NCBI GenBank assembly: GCA_977020255.1
Contig: CDROCS010000410.1
Location: forward strand, 310,001 to 374,000
Source: Obrimoposthia wandeli
Lineage: Eukaryota
DNA length: 64,000 bases
Direction of reading: 5' to 3'
The position numbers and the translations under genes were made by a program. The notes under the pieces are model-generated. The model saw only the letters and a program-made list of their open reading frames with translations, was not told the DNA's origin and ran no database searches. The number at the start of each line of letters is the position of its first letter. Position 1 is the stretch's first letter. Of the stretch, positions 60,072-64,000 are shown one piece after another.

Positions 60072-61469
60072 TCAGTAATAAAATCCGTTATCGCCAAGCA
60101 GTCGCGGTTGGCGATTGTCAGTACGATCTTCATTTGCTGTTGAACTTGTTGTTTGTTTGTCTATTGGCCAGGCTAATAAGCGTTCAACATCACTCATCGG
60201 GATCAAACCATCTGTTGGTAACGCGAATGTGTCAGAACGAGTCGGTTGCACTAAATAAGCCGTCGCAATAATAATGAGTTCCGTTTCTTCACGTTGAAAC
60301 TCAGTTGAACGAAATAGCGCACCAAGTACTGGAATATCACCCAACAATGGCATTTTTTGTAACTGCTCAATATCTTTTGACTGCAATAACCCACCCAATG
60401 CAAAGCTTTGACCACTAGCCAATTCTACCGTCGTTGCAGCGCGGCGCGTCACAAACGTAGGGAATGAAGAACTGCCTTCCCGTCCGCCAATTTGTACGCT
60501 TGTTTCCGAAGATACCGTGCTTACTTCAGAAAGTACTTGCAGGCTAATTTGATTCGCACTTAATACCGTCGGTTTAAAATCAAGCTTCACACCAAACTGC
60601 TTATACTCAACTGATGCTGTGTCGCTATAAACCAAAGGTAGCGGGATCTCGCCACCAACAAGAAACGAAGCTTCTTCACCACTCATCGCGGTTAAATTAG
60701 GTTCTGCGAGCACCGACATCATGCCGTTAGTTGCCAAAGCATCAACAATTACCGATAGATCAGCCCAACCAGCAGGGTTCACACCACCCAGTTTACCGCC
60801 GTAATTATCTAAAAAGGCAAATGTACCAGTACCAAAACCTTGTGAACCCCATTTGATGCCCAATTTGTTCGACACTTTACGAGATACCTCGGCAATACGA
60901 ATACGTAAATTAACCTGATTTGGCATAGTGACTTGTAATTGATTAATCAATTCATCGTCATCCGTTTTAGCGACTGGCGCGGCAGCAGGTGCCCCACCTT
61001 CCGAGCTAGCACCTTGCTGAACCTCACTTGATTGTGCTAACGCCGAGACATAACCTTCAGATAAACGAACTATCTTTTCCGCCATGCTGGCTGTCGGTAT
61101 TTGCCCTTTCAAAAACAACTTACCGGCGGTTGATTCAGCGTTAAATAATGCATCAGGAAATTCATCATGAATTAAATCGTTAAGCTCTGTGACATTATGA
61201 TTAACCTTCACTGTCGCTGAATAAATAACGTTTTCTTTAGCATCCAGTACATACAAAGATGTACTCCCTGTTTTCTTGCCGAACACCATGATCTTGGTAT
61301 TGGTTAAAGTTTGGTAATCGGCAATACCACTACTCGCAATGAAAATAGACTTAGCAGTACTTGGCAGTACCACTAATCGCGCTTTGTTTAATACCACATC
61401 CAAAGTCTGCGCTTGTAATACTGTACTCAGTAGTAATAACGACAATGCGCTCACTAATTGTTTAATCAT
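60072..61469 (-). CDS. rcpA: RcpA/CpaC secretin
   Basis: QVNLRIRIAEV, LAEPNLTAMSGEEASFLVGGEIP, LASGQSFALGGL, PLLGDIPVLGALF. Confidence 0.93.
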   Translation of the reverse strand: MIKQLVSALSLLLLSTVLQAQTLDVVLNKARLVVLPSTAKSIFIASSGIADYQTLTNTKIMVFGKKTGSTSLYVLDAKENVIYSATVKVNHNVTELNDLIHDEFPDALFNAESTAGKLFLKGQIPTASMAEKIVRLSEGYVSALAQSSEVQQGASSEGGAPAAAPVAKTDDDELINQLQVTMPNQVNLRIRIAEVSRKVSNKLGIKWGSQGFGTGTFAFLDNYGGKLGGVNPAGWADLSVIVDALATNGMMSVLAEPNLTAMSGEEASFLVGGEIPLPLVYSDTASVEYKQFGVKLDFKPTVLSANQISLQVLSEVSTVSSETSVQIGGREGSSSFPTFVTRRAATTVELASGQSFALGGLLQSKDIEQLQKMPLLGDIPVLGALFRSTEFQREETELIIIATAYLVQPTRSDTFALPTDGLIPMSDVERLLAWPIDKQTTSSTANEDRTDNRQPRLLGDNGFYY

Positions 61470-62328
61470 TTTCGGTTCCTGCATTACTCATCACTCGTTT
61501 TTCTTTAGCGCGAAATTCAACTAAACCAATATCCGGTTGGACTTGTTTAATTGCAGGTAAAATATCATCGACATTGATAGCTGCGATTACCGCATTATCT
61601 GTATCTAAGTTGTTTTTACTGCGTAAGACCATCGACAATGTACCCAGTTGATTGGCTAACGTAATTTGATTTGCTTGTGTCGGTGACACCTCTAACGTCA
61701 CGGTACTGTTATCTGGAAGTACGCCTTTATTGTTTTTTTGCTTTTCCATATAACGCGTAAGCTGTAAGGCGTCATTAAATGCCAACACTCGGACGTTCTG
61801 TGCGATAGTTTTAACGTATAAACTTTGGGTTTCATTACCACGAGAGCGAAGTTCTTGCTCTTTTGATGCCAGCAGTAATACATCAACATGATCACCAGGA
61901 CCAATTAAGCCAGAGTTAGCCGTTACTTGATCAACAGGTACTGACACTGCGCGATAACTGGGACGTAGCATGACTGACAAAAAGCCACCTTGTTCAGGTT
62001 TCAAAAAATCTGACGGGCTTAATATTTGTCCTGCGACAAAATCATCCGCAGCCACGGTATTTTTTAATGTCGAGATTAAAAATGTGGCTTTATCAATAAA
62101 ATCAACACGGGAACTAACATCCTGTTCATTTACCGTTTTCCAGGCAAATAACGAGGCACTATAAGGACGACCAATAGTGATATCCTGCGTGGTAACAAGT
62201 ACTTCATAATTCTTAACCAGATCCTGTTTAGACGTGCTTTGCACTGGTGCTGATAAGCTGAAAAATAGCCAAATCAACCCAAGTAAAGACGTACAAACAG
62301 ACAGATAAACTAAACGTTTTGCATGCAT
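61462..62328 (-). CDS. rcpC: RcpC/CpaB Flp pilus assembly protein (SAF domain)
   Basis: YRAVSVPVD..SGLIGPGDHVDVLL, VRVLA, VTLEVSP, LSMVLR. Confidence 0.9.
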   Translation of the reverse strand: MHAKRLVYLSVCTSLLGLIWLFFSLSAPVQSTSKQDLVKNYEVLVTTQDITIGRPYSASLFAWKTVNEQDVSSRVDFIDKATFLISTLKNTVAADDFVAGQILSPSDFLKPEQGGFLSVMLRPSYRAVSVPVDQVTANSGLIGPGDHVDVLLLASKEQELRSRGNETQSLYVKTIAQNVRVLAFNDALQLTRYMEKQKNNKGVLPDNSTVTLEVSPTQANQITLANQLGTLSMVLRSKNNLDTDNAVIAAINVDDILPAIKQVQPDIGLVEFRAKEKRVMSNAGTEND

Positions 62329-62344
62329 AATTGTTACTTCTATT

Positions 62345-62364
62345 AATACGGCCGAAACCGTATT
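62345..62364 (-). terminator. Stem-loop between flp and rcpC (mRNA-stabilising or partial terminator)
   Basis: aatacgg-ccgaaa-ccgtatt. Confidence 0.55.
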
Positions 62365-62383
62365 CTCTCTGAGTTAATGTTTA

Positions 62384-62563
62384 TTATTTATCAGCTTTAA
62401 CTGTATCCAGTTTCTCAATTACAGACTCATAGGTCTGCTCAATCGCATTCGAAAGCTTGCCGTCAGAACCAAAAAATTGCAGCATAATAAGTGACATAGC
62501 AGCCGCTAAAATTGCATATTCAATTGCCGCAGCACCACGTTGTTTTTGTTTGTTGTTTTTCAT
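62384..62563 (-). CDS. flp: Flp (type IVb/c) major pilin, 59 aa, absent from the ORF track
   Basis: Translated by hand: MKNNKQKQRG-AAAIEYAILAAAMSLIMLQFFGSDGKLSNAIEQTYESVIEKLDTVKADK; G cleavage site with E+5/Y+6. Confidence 0.92.
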   Translation of the reverse strand: MKNNKQKQRGAAAIEYAILAAAMSLIMLQFFGSDGKLSNAIEQTYESVIEKLDTVKADK

Positions 62564-62675
62564 TTTTTATCTCTTTTATTTTTATGGTTAATCTTGCTGT
62601 TATAATTAATCTTGTTTTTATGATTTCATTTGGCCGTTTCGTAATTACGAACTGCCAAATGAAAGTATCTATCTA

Positions 62676-64000
62676 TTATTCAGAAGCTGTTAAACGGTAG
62701 GCATATTCCGATCTCCAACTTGGCACCACTTTATCAACATCAGATTTACCTTCAGTGCTCATGTTGTAACATTTCTGTCGACCAAATTGAGCAGTATCAG
62801 CGCTCACATAACAAAGTGCAGAACCCGATTTTTCCATATTATTAAAACGGAACACGGTACTATCAACAGGACTTAAGCCCTGCAGTTCAGCCAAACTTGG
62901 TACACGCCAATTAGTCTTGTTACACAAGCCTTCATTATTAATTCGTTCTACTTCAGCTAATACCGTATCAACTTCAGAACTTGAGTTACCATGATTTTTA
63001 ATTCGTATCGCAGTATCTGCAGTATCAAACAATTGCCATGTTTGTTTTGACTCAGGTTGATAAGCACATACAGCCGCATCAACATCTGTCGTCATACCTC
63101 CAGCACTATCCAGCAATTGATATGTCAATTTAATTTCACTTACTAAACGACTTAGTACGACTTTATCCTCATCACCCTGTTTTGATGCCGAGTTGCTCAT
63201 CGCTGAGTTATTTTTGGTTTTATAGTGGTAAATTTTTGCATTTTTATTAACATCGTCAGCAGTCCAGTACCAAAATAAGGTTCCGCCACCAGTATAATAA
63301 TCAATGTCATATTCAGGTTTAAGCGCAAGATGATTTAAGAAAACATCAACATCAATCGTCTTGCCACTATTAACCGAGGCTGTTTCCAATGTCTTTAACT
63401 GATTTTTTTTTGGTAATGACCAATCACTACGACCACAAAACTGTACGTTATTTATCAGTTCAATAAGACCACCAGCCCCCATCACACTTGCAATACCAGT
63501 ACCTGAAGCATCAAAGGCTAAATCATCAGCCCCTTTTGGCAGTCCATCTTTAAGTAACGTCCAAGTACGTTGGCGAACAGAATCACGATTATCCATCACA
63601 CAGCGCCAACCTTCTTCGTACGTTGTAGCGCTCGGTAAATTATCTCCATTAATGTCTAACTTGATAAAATAATTTCCGATAACAGCGTCTGTATCCGCGA
63701 TTTTATAACCTGCTGTTGACGCTTGTTTTAACCCAGTAACAGCATGTTCAATAAGGACATCTACATCTGCAATGCTAGGTAAGCTATTAAACATGATAAG
63801 TAGCTTATCAAGTGCCGAAATAAGCGCTGTATTCGTTGTGGTTGGTAATTCGTCACTTGCTGACGCCAAGGCTTGAATAAGGCTAATATTAGCGTTAATG
63901 AAATCACTGATTGCTGCTGTTGCAGCAAATAATGCTAAGCTCTTAGCGTGAATTTCAGCGCTATCTGTTGCTGCGATTAAGGCATCTTTGATGATATTTG
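62676..64000 (-). CDS. DUF1566 (Lcl C-terminal)-like repeat protein, 5' end beyond the window
   Basis: Two modules ending FCGRSDWSLP and LCNKTNWRVPSLAEL; frame stays open from TTG 63869 to the window edge. Confidence 0.75.
   Translation of the reverse strand, partial: NIIKDALIAATDSAEIHAKSLALFAATAAISDFINANISLIQALASASDELPTTTNTALISALDKLLIMFNSLPSIADVDVLIEHAVTGLKQASTAGYKIADTDAVIGNYFIKLDINGDNLPSATTYEEGWRCVMDNRDSVRQRTWTLLKDGLPKGADDLAFDASGTGIASVMGAGGLIELINNVQFCGRSDWSLPKKNQLKTLETASVNSGKTIDVDVFLNHLALKPEYDIDYYTGGGTLFWYWTADDVNKNAKIYHYKTKNNSAMSNSASKQGDEDKVVLSRLVSEIKLTYQLLDSAGGMTTDVDAAVCAYQPESKQTWQLFDTADTAIRIKNHGNSSSEVDTVLAEVERINNEGLCNKTNWRVPSLAELQGLSPVDSTVFRFNNMEKSGSALCYVSADTAQFGRQKCYNMSTEGKSDVDKVVPSWRSEYAYRLTASE

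Noticed and set aside
62630-62665. Sigma-54 promoter for flp
   Set aside because: TGGCA is present on the minus strand but the -12 TTGC element is absent at the required spacing
1-64000. Mobile elements, prophage, tRNA or rRNA genes
   Set aside because: No transposase, integrase or phage protein motifs and no tRNA/rRNA-like sequence recognised by eye; a covariance-model scan would be needed to exclude small RNAs

Overview
AT-rich (about 40% GC by eye) chromosomal window from a marine gammaproteobacterium; the protein set suggests Moritella or a related genus, which is inference. All family names come from motif recognition by eye, not database searches. Left part: housekeeping and accessory genes (trhO, glycerophosphodiesterase plus MFS transporter, grcA, a di-heme peroxidase, LysR-controlled cupin/amine oxidase and deaminase/NCS2 modules). 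18.4-28.8 kb: a diguanylate cyclase and a dTDP-rhamnose/glycosyltransferase cluster that has no export or polymerase genes in the window. 29-44 kb: a U32-family gene followed by an unusual array of its own 3' end, an M3 peptidase, a secreted trypsin-like protease pair, a DEAD-box helicase and a GAF-GGDEF protein. 44.4-47.1 kb: a tandem pair of GTPases. 47.1-64 kb: one co-oriented minus-strand run of a DUF1566 protein, a near-complete Flp/Tad pilus locus lacking only a local tadV peptidase (its flp pilin is missing from the ORF track) and a TlpA-DUF4266-DUF3570-ApbE-DsbD flavinylation/thiol-redox module. No rRNA, tRNA, IS, integrase or CRISPR array was recognised. Best leads: the Tad-linked flavinylated outer-membrane redox module with a signal-less ApbE; an array of eight units, six encoding T-Q-G-L-stop in two synonymous versions; the GTPase pair; and identical FNR-type palindromes upstream of an O2-dependent and a putative O2-independent RNA hydroxylase.
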